A stretch of 64,000 bases of DNA from Candidatus Pacebacteria bacterium RIFOXYA1_FULL_38_18 (GTDB lineage: Bacteria; Patescibacteriota; Microgenomatia; UBA1400; PJMF01). The first letter of the stretch is position 1. Each line of letters begins with the position of its first letter. The DNA lies in NCBI GenBank assembly GCA_001787405.1, contig MFWV01000003.1:64790-128789 (forward strand), read 5' to 3'. Position numbers and translations under genes: made by a program. The notes beneath the pieces were generated by a model, which was given only the letters and a program-made list of their open reading frames with translations, was not told the origin of the DNA and ran no database searches. Below, in pieces: positions 48,772 to 57,803 of this stretch.

Positions 48772-49761
48772 ATGGCTATCAAATATGTGGCAGATACTGA
48801 TCTAAATTGGCAGAGAAAAGGCAGTGGAAAAGGTTTCCATTATCTAAATAAAAATGGCCAACCGTTGCGGACAGCAATCAAGCGAATCGAGAAGTTGGCT
48901 ATTCCTCCAGCTTGGACGGCAGTCAGAATTTGCCCTGATGAGAAGGGACATATTCAGGCAGTTGGTTTGGATGCAAAAGGTCGCAAACAATATATTTATC
49001 ATCCTGATTGGGTGGCTCATAACCAAAAACATAAATTTGATCAAATGGTCCGTTTTGGTGAGATTTTACCTACCCTGCGCCAAACGGTTGCCGGTCACAT
49101 GCGTCAGCGCCAGTTGAATAAACAGCGTATCTTGGCCACAGTGGTTTGGTTACTAGAACATACTTTCATTAGAGTAGGGAACAAGACTTATGAGAAAGAA
49201 AATCAGTCTTATGGTTTGACTACACTGCGCAATAAACATGTGGCCGTGCGTGGTGACAAAATTAAGTTTAGTTTCAAAGGCAAAAGCGGAGTTTATCACG
49301 AGTTGGACATTAGTCACCCACGAGTAGCGCAAACCATCAAAGAATGTATTGAGCTACCCGGTTATGAAATTTTTCAATATTTGGACGAAGAGCAACAACG
49401 TCAGCGAGTGGATTCCAGAGATGTAAATGAATATCTCCAAGAATTGACAGGCGAAGCTCTGTCGGCCAAAGATTTCCGAACTTGGGGAGGCACCACTCTG
49501 GCTGGCGACTTATTTTATTCATTGGATCAAGAAAATCGGGAAAAAGAAGCACAGCAAGTGATAAGTGAAGTAGTGGAGCAGGTGGCGGATCACTTGGGCA
49601 ATACCACCCAGGTTTGTCGTAAATATTATATTCACCCCAAAATCATTACTAGTTATGAAACAGGCAAGTTACAACCTCATTTCAAAAAAGTTTATGCTCG
49701 TCGCAAACCAAATGGTTTGTCACTGAGTGAAAAAGCGACTTGGTTGTTATTGACCAATTAA
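48772..49761 (+). CDS. DNA topoisomerase IB (bacterial/poxvirus-type)
   Basis: N-terminal KGFHY...RIEKLAIPPAWTAV.I...GHIQAVGLDAKGRKQYIYH block typical of TopIB; C-terminal active-site-like TQVCRKYYIHP; start refined to ATG 48772. Confidence 0.7.
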   Translation: MAIKYVADTDLNWQRKGSGKGFHYLNKNGQPLRTAIKRIEKLAIPPAWTAVRICPDEKGHIQAVGLDAKGRKQYIYHPDWVAHNQKHKFDQMVRFGEILPTLRQTVAGHMRQRQLNKQRILATVVWLLEHTFIRVGNKTYEKENQSYGLTTLRNKHVAVRGDKIKFSFKGKSGVYHELDISHPRVAQTIKECIELPGYEIFQYLDEEQQRQRVDSRDVNEYLQELTGEALSAKDFRTWGGTTLAGDLFYSLDQENREKEAQQVISEVVEQVADHLGNTTQVCRKYYIHPKIITSYETGKLQPHFKKVYARRKPNGLSLSEKATWLLLTN

Positions 49762-49849
49762 AATCTCACTCGTTTATTGTGAAGTTAAAACTTCACCTGT
49801 TTACCTCAAAATTTGCTTTTTCTACCAAAAAATCTATACTGAAGGCATT

Positions 49850-50599
49850 ATGAAAAAATCTTCCCGCGTCCTATTGGCAGTGATTATTATTTCTTTTTTG
49901 ATTACTCCGTCTTTGACAGGAGCAATTGAGACTCAGTCCAGAGGAAGTAGTCGTACTCCGGCACAGACTGCAACTCAAGAAGTTGGTGAATCAGACGAAT
50001 CAGAAGAATCAGACGAATTAGCAGTAGAGTTTTCTCCAGCAGTGAGGGGTAATGGCATGATGCAAGAGACCGAGGCAGAAGCAGCACCAGAAGTGAGGAG
50101 CTATCAAGAAAAATTACAAGAAGAGCGTCAAGCCAGAGTAGAAGAAATGGTGCAAGTGAGGAATCAAGTCAGAGAAGAGGCAATGACTCGGGTAATGTTA
50201 CAATCCAGACAGACTGTTGCTAGTTTGTCACAAGGAGCCAGTTTTACTATTGATCCAATCACAAATTTAGTGACTGTTACCACTCCTTCTGGTCAGGAAC
50301 ACATTCTCTATCATTTACCAGATCAAGCCATTGAAAGAATGCAGGAAGTTGGCCTGCTTTTACCGGCAGAAGATGCCGAACTTCCTGATGAGGAATTGAC
50401 TGAAGAACTGGAACTGATTGCCACTGATGATAACTTGGTTTATCAGTTAGACAGTTCTCAGCTAAAAAAGTTATTGGGAATTTTCAACCGCCAAGTTCCC
50501 AGAAGAATAGTGCTGGATGATGATACCGGTACGGTAATAGCGCAACCAGTTGAGGGAAGAAATTTACTACAAAGATTATTGGATAATCTGTCTTTTTAA
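49850..50599 (+). CDS. Secreted acidic hypothetical protein
   Basis: Signal peptide, Glu-rich. Confidence 0.4.
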   Translation: MKKSSRVLLAVIIISFLITPSLTGAIETQSRGSSRTPAQTATQEVGESDESEESDELAVEFSPAVRGNGMMQETEAEAAPEVRSYQEKLQEERQARVEEMVQVRNQVREEAMTRVMLQSRQTVASLSQGASFTIDPITNLVTVTTPSGQEHILYHLPDQAIERMQEVGLLLPAEDAELPDEELTEELELIATDDNLVYQLDSSQLKKLLGIFNRQVPRRIVLDDDTGTVIAQPVEGRNLLQRLLDNLSF

Positions 50600-50674
50600 C
50601 TGGAAAGAGCACTGGAAAAATCACCCGAACTTAAGTTTAAAAAAATTTAAAGTGGTGGGTTTGTTGTCAAAAAG

Positions 50675-51394
50675 TTACTCTTTGGCAATCACAGTGCCCT
50701 TGAAATTACCTGTTTCAAAAATATTTTTTAGATTTTTCAAGTTTTCTCCATTGATTACCAAAACCGTTTGACCTTCTTCTTCTGCTAGTTTGGCAGCGAT
50801 TGGATCATAGGGAGTATTCATTCTTGGGGTCCACTCATCACCGACCATTTTTCTAAAGTCTGCCCAAGTGATTTTATCAATTGGTTTGGCGTTTGGATTT
50901 TTTCTGGGATCATCATCATAAACCTGATCAATATTGGAGAGATTGATGATGTAGGGAGCCTTTACTCTTTGAGCAATTTTGCCAGCCACAAAATCTGTTG
51001 ACCAGCCAGGTTTCCAACCACCTGCGACAATGATTTTTGCATCACTCAATTCATCTGTTTCTGGATCAGTAATAATCTCTGGTTGAGCTTGATCACGGAA
51101 AATAGTCCGAATCAAATGAGCATTGAAACGAGTAGCGTGAATACCCAGCCAATCTTTATCATCTTTGGTAATTTCTTTGCCCATTATTTTACTGGCAGCA
51201 TCGATATAATCTTTAGCTTGACTGCCCCCACCGGTAATAATAAAAAAGCGCCAGCCTTGTTCTAGCTGGCCCAAGATAAATTTTCTAAAAGCAATAAGAT
51301 ATTTGACATTGACTTGCTCGGGAACGATCAGAGAGCCTCCCAGTGAAAGAACTACTCGCTTGCTTTCTGATTGATGAATGGGATATTGAGGCAT
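50675..51394 (-). CDS. pyrH: UMP kinase, archaeal-type (amino-acid kinase family)
   Basis: VLSLGGSLIVPE and FFIITGGGSQAKDYIDAAS blocks match the short archaeal-type UMP kinase pattern; 239 aa. Confidence 0.55.
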   Translation of the reverse strand: MPQYPIHQSESKRVVLSLGGSLIVPEQVNVKYLIAFRKFILGQLEQGWRFFIITGGGSQAKDYIDAASKIMGKEITKDDKDWLGIHATRFNAHLIRTIFRDQAQPEIITDPETDELSDAKIIVAGGWKPGWSTDFVAGKIAQRVKAPYIINLSNIDQVYDDDPRKNPNAKPIDKITWADFRKMVGDEWTPRMNTPYDPIAAKLAEEEGQTVLVINGENLKNLKNIFETGNFKGTVIAKE

Positions 51395-51560
51395 GTAATC
51401 CTTTATTATTTTTATTTAATACGGAAAGATGCAAATACTTTCGGGTACTATTGCATTTCCTTCCTTATTTATCAAGGGGGAAAGAATTTGGCAAAAAACA
51501 CGATTTAAAGCCACTAATTAAAGCCACTAAAACTTAAATTCGATGTATTAACTCAATTTT

Positions 51561-52037
51561 TTAGTTTGCCAACCATTTTTTGAGTCTAGTCATCATCAGT
51601 CCCTGGACTAGGCTTAAAACTAGAGCCAACCAGCCAGCTACCATCCAGGAAGTTATTCCCAAACCAAAAACCTCTGCAAACCTGGTAATGATCCAAATTC
51701 CGGCAAAATTAATCAGGAAATAACCCACCAACCAGTTTACATTGCTCATTTTTTTACCGCGTTGCTTTTCCCATTCATGAAAAAATGGTAGCGCAAAAGC
51801 ATCAATCAGCGCTAATTTGCCCATGCTCAGACACAATGCCCAAGTGACGGTCAAACCAATGGTGCCTAGCACTATATATTGTGGGAACCAGCGTACGGCT
51901 AGCCACAAGACTATTACATTGGTCAAAAACAGGCTTAGATATGAGATAACCATTCTCATCTCTGGATTGTGTGCAAAATTATCAATTTTCTTCGCCATAT
52001 CCTCCTTTTTAATTATTACTCCTTCTAGTGTACTCAA
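51561..52037 (-). CDS. Membrane hypothetical protein
   Basis: 4 TM helices. Confidence 0.4.
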   Translation of the reverse strand: MSTLEGVIIKKEDMAKKIDNFAHNPEMRMVISYLSLFLTNVIVLWLAVRWFPQYIVLGTIGLTVTWALCLSMGKLALIDAFALPFFHEWEKQRGKKMSNVNWLVGYFLINFAGIWIITRFAEVFGLGITSWMVAGWLALVLSLVQGLMMTRLKKWLAN

Positions 52038-52663
52038 TTTCCGCTCTGCTTGTCAAAATTATGAGGATGGAGATTAAAAGAAGTGCTAAGATAAAAAACA
52101 TGACTCTATTCAATCTGCGCTCAAAAGCTGTTTTTATCATGGTCGGTTTTCCCGGGAGTGGCAAATCAACTTTGGCCAAGCAAATTTGTGCCAAGTTTCA
52201 TTGTGAATATCTATCCTCAGATGAAATTAGAGAAAAAGTTTTTGCTTCTGGTCGTTTTGATGCATCAGAACAACAGCAGGTTGGTCAGCTCAGGCAGTTG
52301 GCTTATCAATTAATGTATGACACCGCGCAAACTTTATTATTGCAAAATAAAAAAATTGTTTTGGATGCCACACATTTGGAATTAGCCAAACGCAAACCGA
52401 TGGTTAGTCGATTGGAAAAGATTAAAGATAAAAGCCAGTTTTGCTATGTGCTAGTCAAGACTTCACGAACCATTATTGATCAACGGATGCAAAAACGAGC
52501 GACTGAAATACACAATCCTGGTGAATCAATGTATGATGCTTGGAAACGGGTTTATGGTTATTTTGAAGCCAATCAAACCAAAGGTTTGTTGGCTTGGCCA
52601 GATCCACAAACAGAAACAATAGACTGTATAACTCATGAAGAACTTCTCACCCACCTGGATTAA
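52028..52663 (+). CDS. P-loop kinase (AAA_33/zeta-toxin/polynucleotide-kinase-like)
   Basis: Walker A MVGFPGSGKSTLAKQ; true start may be an internal Met; overlaps the downstream HAD gene. Confidence 0.55.
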   Translation: MYSISALLVKIMRMEIKRSAKIKNMTLFNLRSKAVFIMVGFPGSGKSTLAKQICAKFHCEYLSSDEIREKVFASGRFDASEQQQVGQLRQLAYQLMYDTAQTLLLQNKKIVLDATHLELAKRKPMVSRLEKIKDKSQFCYVLVKTSRTIIDQRMQKRATEIHNPGESMYDAWKRVYGYFEANQTKGLLAWPDPQTETIDCITHEELLTHLD

Positions 52664-53309
52664 ACAGATCAAACTCATTGCTTGGGATCTGGATGGTACG
52701 CTTTATCCACCCATGCCCGAGGTTTCTGAACAAATTAATCGAGTTCGAGTGACTGCGATTGCCAAGCTTTTACGGCTACCTTTGAGCAAAGCCCAAGCCA
52801 AATTTGATTCGATGTATCGGCAACTGCATAGCACTACTAGAGTGCTCAACGAACTAAAGATGGGAGGTGAGCAATTCTTCATTGATTTTTGGGAAAATTT
52901 TGATTTAAGCAACTATATTCAGCCCGATCCTGAATTGCAAGAAATCTTTGTTCAAGCCAAAGCTCAGGGTAGAGAACATGCCTTACTTACCAATGCCAAC
53001 ACTTTGATTTCAGTTCAGAAAAAACTAGCAGCGATTGGTTTAGCTCCAGCTTTATTCAGCGCCATTTTTGCTTCCGGCAGAACCGGGATTCACAAACCCA
53101 CTCCAGAAGCTTTCAAACAGCTTTGGGAGCAAACGCCGTTTGCCATGGAAGAAATAGTTTATGTGGGAGATAAGGAAAACACCGATATTGTGCCCGCCAA
53201 AAACTTGGGTTTAAAAACAGTCTTAATGGATTGGCTGATTAAAGGAGAAGAGACACAGGCAGATTTATTAGTCCATTCACCCAAAGAGCTCTTGGCTTAT
53301 TTCATTTGA
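52635..53309 (+). CDS. HAD-superfamily phosphatase (subfamily IA-like)
   Basis: Motif I IAWDLDGTL, motif III/IV region VYVGDKENTDI. Confidence 0.7.
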   Translation: MKNFSPTWIKQIKLIAWDLDGTLYPPMPEVSEQINRVRVTAIAKLLRLPLSKAQAKFDSMYRQLHSTTRVLNELKMGGEQFFIDFWENFDLSNYIQPDPELQEIFVQAKAQGREHALLTNANTLISVQKKLAAIGLAPALFSAIFASGRTGIHKPTPEAFKQLWEQTPFAMEEIVYVGDKENTDIVPAKNLGLKTVLMDWLIKGEETQADLLVHSPKELLAYFI

Positions 53310-53390
53310 GTTTTTTTGTGCCCCCTCTTTATTTTGATAAAAAGATTCTGCTACACTGATAACACTATTTATTTATAAATACTTATTTTT

Positions 53391-55631
53391 ATGTCAAAAC
53401 CCTCCGCCAAAAAAATTCAAGTAATTGGTTTTATTACTTTTGCTTTGATTTTGCTTGGTTTGAGTTTGACTCTATTTTTTCTTGATCAAAATAAAGACGT
53501 TCGACAGCAAGCTTTTGTAGGTACTAGTGATGTGAACGACTATTGTCCTGGAGGAGAATGTGTTGCGGAGTTTGTTAAGTCAAAGTCAGGAGAATATTCT
53601 TCTCCAACAGGAGTTTATAGCTTGTATTATGATCAAGATGTTTGGCAGACAGCAGCAATTCCTTCCAAAGCCACTTCCACCGATCAAGAGCAAAGTTTTT
53701 TTGTTTCGTCAACGCCTTGGGGATTTGCTACGATTTATCTCAATGCAGTGGCTTTGTCGGAAGCTCAATCAGAAATGAGTGTTCTAGCCTTGGCTACTAA
53801 TTTGGAAACTCAGATTAGTTCCAATTTAGCTGAAAATATTCGTTATGTTGGTAAAGAAATTGTTTATTTAAACAACAGAGAAGCAATCCGTTTTGATTTT
53901 TCAGAAGTTATTCTTGGTAGAGAGACTACTTATCAAGAATATGTTTTACTTGGCGACAATCATTACGTAGAGGCTGAAGCAAGATCTTCGGGGACATTTG
54001 GGATGACGGCGATGATCGAAAATCTTTTGGGATCGATCAAGATTGGTGTTGAAGCACAAGTCAAAGGTACTACAGATGAACAAACATTCAATGATCTTGA
54101 GCTTTCAGAATTAGTTAGCCCCTCAGTGGCCAACGTGCTTCATTTGTATTGTAAAGAAGTCTTGGTTTCTCCTGAACTCAAGGCAAATTATCTGAAATCT
54201 AGCTATCCTTTTTGTAGTGGCATGACCGGTTCGGGATTTTTGGTGGGCGAGAGTGGCTTGGTAGCCACTAATGGCCATGTTGTTACTTCTTATCCAGAAC
54301 AGGATTTTTTTATGAATTTGTCCATGGGCCATCCTGTGTTTGTTGAATTTGTTGTTGATTTTGTTCGAGAACTAGCTTTTGCCCAAGGAATAGAAACTAC
54401 TGCCCAAGAGGGACAAATTCTTGCCGTTAATACCCTTCAAGATCCGTCTGGTATGCAAATGGTTTTTGGATATATTTTGGAGTTTTTCAATCGTGAGGTT
54501 TTTACGGTTAAGACATTAACAGATCTACACTATGTAGATTTGGGAACAAAACCATTTAACTTTTCAAGTGAAGAGTTAACACCCCAAAATATTAATAATT
54601 TCGTTACCGAAGAAGATAACATTTTTTCTGCTGAATTGATGGGTTTTGATTTTGCCAATTTTTTTACCAAAGAAATAATATCTGGAGAGCAAAAACCCAA
54701 TGCTTCTGATGTAGCTATCTTGAAAATCAACAAAGCAACGAACTATGTCTATCCAAATTTGCAAATCAGTGATGCTTCAAAGGTTAAAGAGGGTGAACAA
54801 ATTTTAATCTTTGGTTTTCCTGGAATAGTTAGTGGTGATGAATCTTTGCTTTTAGATTACACCGGTTCTAGTGCCAAAGTAACCGTTACCAAAGGTATTG
54901 TCAGTTCCATCAAACAAGATACCGGTGGCAGAACCCTCATTCAAACAGATGCCTCTGTTGGGCATGGTAATAGTGGCGGTCCAGCCTTCAACCAAAAAGG
55001 AGAAGTGATTGGTATTGCCACTTATGGATTGAGTGAAGAAACTGGTGGAGGGAACTTCAATTTCTTGAGAGATACTGCTGATTTACTGGAACTGAGCAAA
55101 TCAACTGGTGTAGAGATCAGCACTAGTCCAGGGAAAACTTATCAAGATTGGCAGAGTGCTTTAGAGTATTTTTGGGAAAATCATTTCACCAAATCTTTGA
55201 GTTATTTAAATTCAGTTGTTGAATCATACCCAACTCATCCCAAAGTTTTTGGAGTGATAAGTGAAGCAGAGCAGAATATTAAAGATGGTAAGGATGTGGA
55301 TTTATTGTTTGGGATTCAAAAAGTATATGTTTATGTTGGTGGAGGATTATTGGCAGTATTGTTAATTGTTGGTGGAGTGATGCTGGTTTTGAAAAAGAAA
55401 AATGATCGTGTACCACCAGTTGCTCCGCAAGCACCGTTGCCGGTAGCTGAACCCAGTCAGATGCCAGAGGAAGATTCAATTAAGCCAGTAGATTCACCAA
55501 TTATGTCGGTAGCTGATTTTAATCAACCCCCTTCTGAATCAACTCAATCCAATTTTGATCAGACCACTGTCAATCAGCCGAGCGAGAGAGAAAGCTTTCC
55601 GCCTGTTCCACCTCAAGAGGGAAGCATCTAA
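53391..55631 (+). CDS. Membrane-anchored trypsin-like serine protease (S1C/HtrA-like protease domain) with Pro-rich C-terminal tail
   Basis: N-terminal TM; His block TNGHVV, Ser block GHGNSGGPAFN; second TM near the C-terminus then a Pro-rich tail. Confidence 0.7.
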   Translation: MSKPSAKKIQVIGFITFALILLGLSLTLFFLDQNKDVRQQAFVGTSDVNDYCPGGECVAEFVKSKSGEYSSPTGVYSLYYDQDVWQTAAIPSKATSTDQEQSFFVSSTPWGFATIYLNAVALSEAQSEMSVLALATNLETQISSNLAENIRYVGKEIVYLNNREAIRFDFSEVILGRETTYQEYVLLGDNHYVEAEARSSGTFGMTAMIENLLGSIKIGVEAQVKGTTDEQTFNDLELSELVSPSVANVLHLYCKEVLVSPELKANYLKSSYPFCSGMTGSGFLVGESGLVATNGHVVTSYPEQDFFMNLSMGHPVFVEFVVDFVRELAFAQGIETTAQEGQILAVNTLQDPSGMQMVFGYILEFFNREVFTVKTLTDLHYVDLGTKPFNFSSEELTPQNINNFVTEEDNIFSAELMGFDFANFFTKEIISGEQKPNASDVAILKINKATNYVYPNLQISDASKVKEGEQILIFGFPGIVSGDESLLLDYTGSSAKVTVTKGIVSSIKQDTGGRTLIQTDASVGHGNSGGPAFNQKGEVIGIATYGLSEETGGGNFNFLRDTADLLELSKSTGVEISTSPGKTYQDWQSALEYFWENHFTKSLSYLNSVVESYPTHPKVFGVISEAEQNIKDGKDVDLLFGIQKVYVYVGGGLLAVLLIVGGVMLVLKKKNDRVPPVAPQAPLPVAEPSQMPEEDSIKPVDSPIMSVADFNQPPSESTQSNFDQTTVNQPSERESFPPVPPQEGSI

Positions 55632-56386
55632 TCGTGAGGCATTAATTTAAAAATAATCAGCATAATCATCACTCCAGCAAGCATGGTCAGAGCAGCTTTT
55701 TTATAAGAAGTATGCTTGCCGGGTTTGGGTAGAAAATCACTGGCAGAGAGATAAAGAAAAATGCCGGCAGAAATGGCTAAAAGATAACCAATGATAGCCA
55801 GCTCCTCAGCGATCCACCAGACCAGCCAGGCCCCTAAAAATGAGGTGAGAGCAGAGAGAACATTGACCCAAATAATACGTTTTTTGTGCCAACCAGCTTG
55901 TAATAACACTCCAAAATCACTCATTTCATGAGGTACTTCGTGTAAAAAAGTGGAGAGAGTAGTGGTGATGCCCAAGGCTGGATTGGCCAAATAGGCAGCA
56001 GCAATAGTGGTGCCATCTATGAAGTTGTGAATAGTATCGCCAAAAATGATCAAAGGTATAGCAGAAGTATGATGAGCGTGTTGATCATTTTCATGATGAT
56101 GAATCTCAAAAATAAAGTTTTCAAATAGATAAGTGATGATAAAGGCACCCAGCAACCAACCGAAAGCAGTTTCTCCCAATTCATGAATTGCCTCTGGTAG
56201 CAAACCCAATAAAGACACAGCCAGTAGTATTCCAGCTGCAAAAGCCGAAGCATAGCGAGTCAAAAAACGTACCAAAAACTTGATGCGCAAACAAATTAAA
56301 CCACCCACCAATGCCACTAAACTGCCCAAAAAGACCAAGAGATTGATAGTAAGAAAATCTGACATGCTCATGATTATAAATGTCAA
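55628..56386 (-). CDS. zupT: ZIP family metal (zinc) transporter, ZupT-like
   Basis: HNFIDGTTIAAA and HEVPHEMSDFGVLL signature blocks. Confidence 0.75.
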   Translation of the reverse strand: MTFIIMSMSDFLTINLLVFLGSLVALVGGLICLRIKFLVRFLTRYASAFAAGILLAVSLLGLLPEAIHELGETAFGWLLGAFIITYLFENFIFEIHHHENDQHAHHTSAIPLIIFGDTIHNFIDGTTIAAAYLANPALGITTTLSTFLHEVPHEMSDFGVLLQAGWHKKRIIWVNVLSALTSFLGAWLVWWIAEELAIIGYLLAISAGIFLYLSASDFLPKPGKHTSYKKAALTMLAGVMIMLIIFKLMPHD

Positions 56387-56401
56387 TGCAACAAAGTTGC
56401 A
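56387..56401. promoter_or_regulatory. Perfect 6-3-6 palindrome TGCAAC-AAA-GTTGCA, candidate Zur/Fur operator
   Basis: Lies in the 46-nt divergent intergenic region between the ZIP transporter and the Fur-family regulator. Confidence 0.45.
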
Positions 56402-56432
56402 ATAGCCAAATAAACGAGGTATACTTGAGTTT

Positions 56433-56801
56433 ATGAAGACAGTGAATAATCAAAAACGCAACTTAGAAGACAAAATCATGGCTCTTTTGAAGTTGGAACA
56501 CTTGCTCTCTGCCAAAGAAATCTTGGAAAAATTGCAGGGATTGGATCAAAATTATAACAAAACCAGTGTTTACAGAGCGCTAGAGCGCTTATTGGCAAAA
56601 GGTATTTTATGTCAGCATCATCTGGGTGAAGCTGGTTTAACTTATGAACTGCGCTCAGACAATCATGAGCATTTGCAATGCGAGGTGTGTGGCAAAATAA
56701 AAGCGATTCCGCATACTTTTAGCCAGCCAGCCTCGATCGAAGGTTTTAAAATCAGCCATCATCACCTCACTTATTTGGGCATTTGCCCAGATTGCCAGTA
56801 A
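56433..56801 (+). CDS. zur: Fur-family transcriptional regulator (likely Zur)
   Basis: Winged-helix block TSVYRALERL, C-terminal metal-site CEVCGK...HHHLTYLGICPDC. Confidence 0.7.
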   Translation: MKTVNNQKRNLEDKIMALLKLEHLLSAKEILEKLQGLDQNYNKTSVYRALERLLAKGILCQHHLGEAGLTYELRSDNHEHLQCEVCGKIKAIPHTFSQPASIEGFKISHHHLTYLGICPDCQ

Positions 56802-56898
56802 TTTTCTTGTTAAAATAGCAAAGATTTTTGATTTTAATTGATCAGATAGTGTTGATTGCAAACATTAGCATCAATATTATTCTTGATTACAGTGAAGA

Positions 56899-56971
56899 GC
56901 GCTTGTAGTTTAGTGGATAAAACGTTGGTTTCCGGAACCAAAGACCGTGGGTTCGACTCCCACCGAGCGCA
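56899..56971 (+). tRNA. tRNA-Arg (anticodon CCG), no encoded CCA
   Basis: Manual cloverleaf: acceptor GCGCTTG/CGAGCGC, D-arm TAGTTTAGTGGATAAAAC, anticodon loop TTCCGGA, T-arm GTGGG-TTCGACT-CCCAC. Confidence 0.8.
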
Positions 56972-57016
56972 CCGCTTTACCTTGATGGTTACCAAACAAA
57001 AAACTATTTAATCCTA

Positions 57017-57544
57017 TTACTTCAACTTTTTATGCTCGTACTGCAAATAGTGAAAGTCGGTTATTTCGCCTTCCTCGTTAAAACTGATTTCGTAATCAAT
57101 TCTATCAAAATACAGAATTGGCCACGAACCATCTGATTCAGGTCCCCAAGGGAAATAGTGCGCCGCGGGTAATGAACCAGTATAGGTTCCATCGCCATCT
57201 TTATCACTTAATACTACATGGTGTGATTGTGGTGTCGCTGTAACTGTATCCACATACACTTCATCAAAGTGAACCGTATTTCCATGGAAAGCAAAATCAT
57301 AGAACGACATTTCCAAACAGTCGGTGCAACTTGTAAGAGGTGTTCCGCCCACTTCAGGGTTCCATTTTGGTCCCCATACGGTCCAATCACCATTCGGTGA
57401 CATACCATCCCAATCAACCTCAATAATTACGTACAAAGGAACTCCGGTGGGGTTATCTATTCCTTTGGCAGAAACAGATGTGCTTGCACCAAATATGAGC
57501 GCCACAAATGCAAAAAGCAATGCTAATTTTTTCATCTTTACCAT
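57017..57544 (-). CDS. Secreted hypothetical protein
   Basis: Signal peptide; 175 aa. Confidence 0.4.
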   Translation of the reverse strand: MVKMKKLALLFAFVALIFGASTSVSAKGIDNPTGVPLYVIIEVDWDGMSPNGDWTVWGPKWNPEVGGTPLTSCTDCLEMSFYDFAFHGNTVHFDEVYVDTVTATPQSHHVVLSDKDGDGTYTGSLPAAHYFPWGPESDGSWPILYFDRIDYEISFNEEGEITDFHYLQYEHKKLK

Positions 57545-57803
57545 CCCTTTCTACTTTTTTTAAAAAACTTTACTACTCTCAATGTACTCAATGTGTGTTT
57601 TTTGTCAATAGAACCAACTCCCATCTCCCCTGTTCCAATTGGAATTTTTTTTATATTTTTGTCTAAAGCTTGATCTCAAAACTTATATCAATAGTTTCAA
57701 ATCCACATTTTTGATAAAAGCGAATGGCTTTTTCATTTTTCACTTTCATCTATTTTTTTTACCATCTTTGTTCATGTTTATTAATTATGTAACGATTGAT
57801 AAA

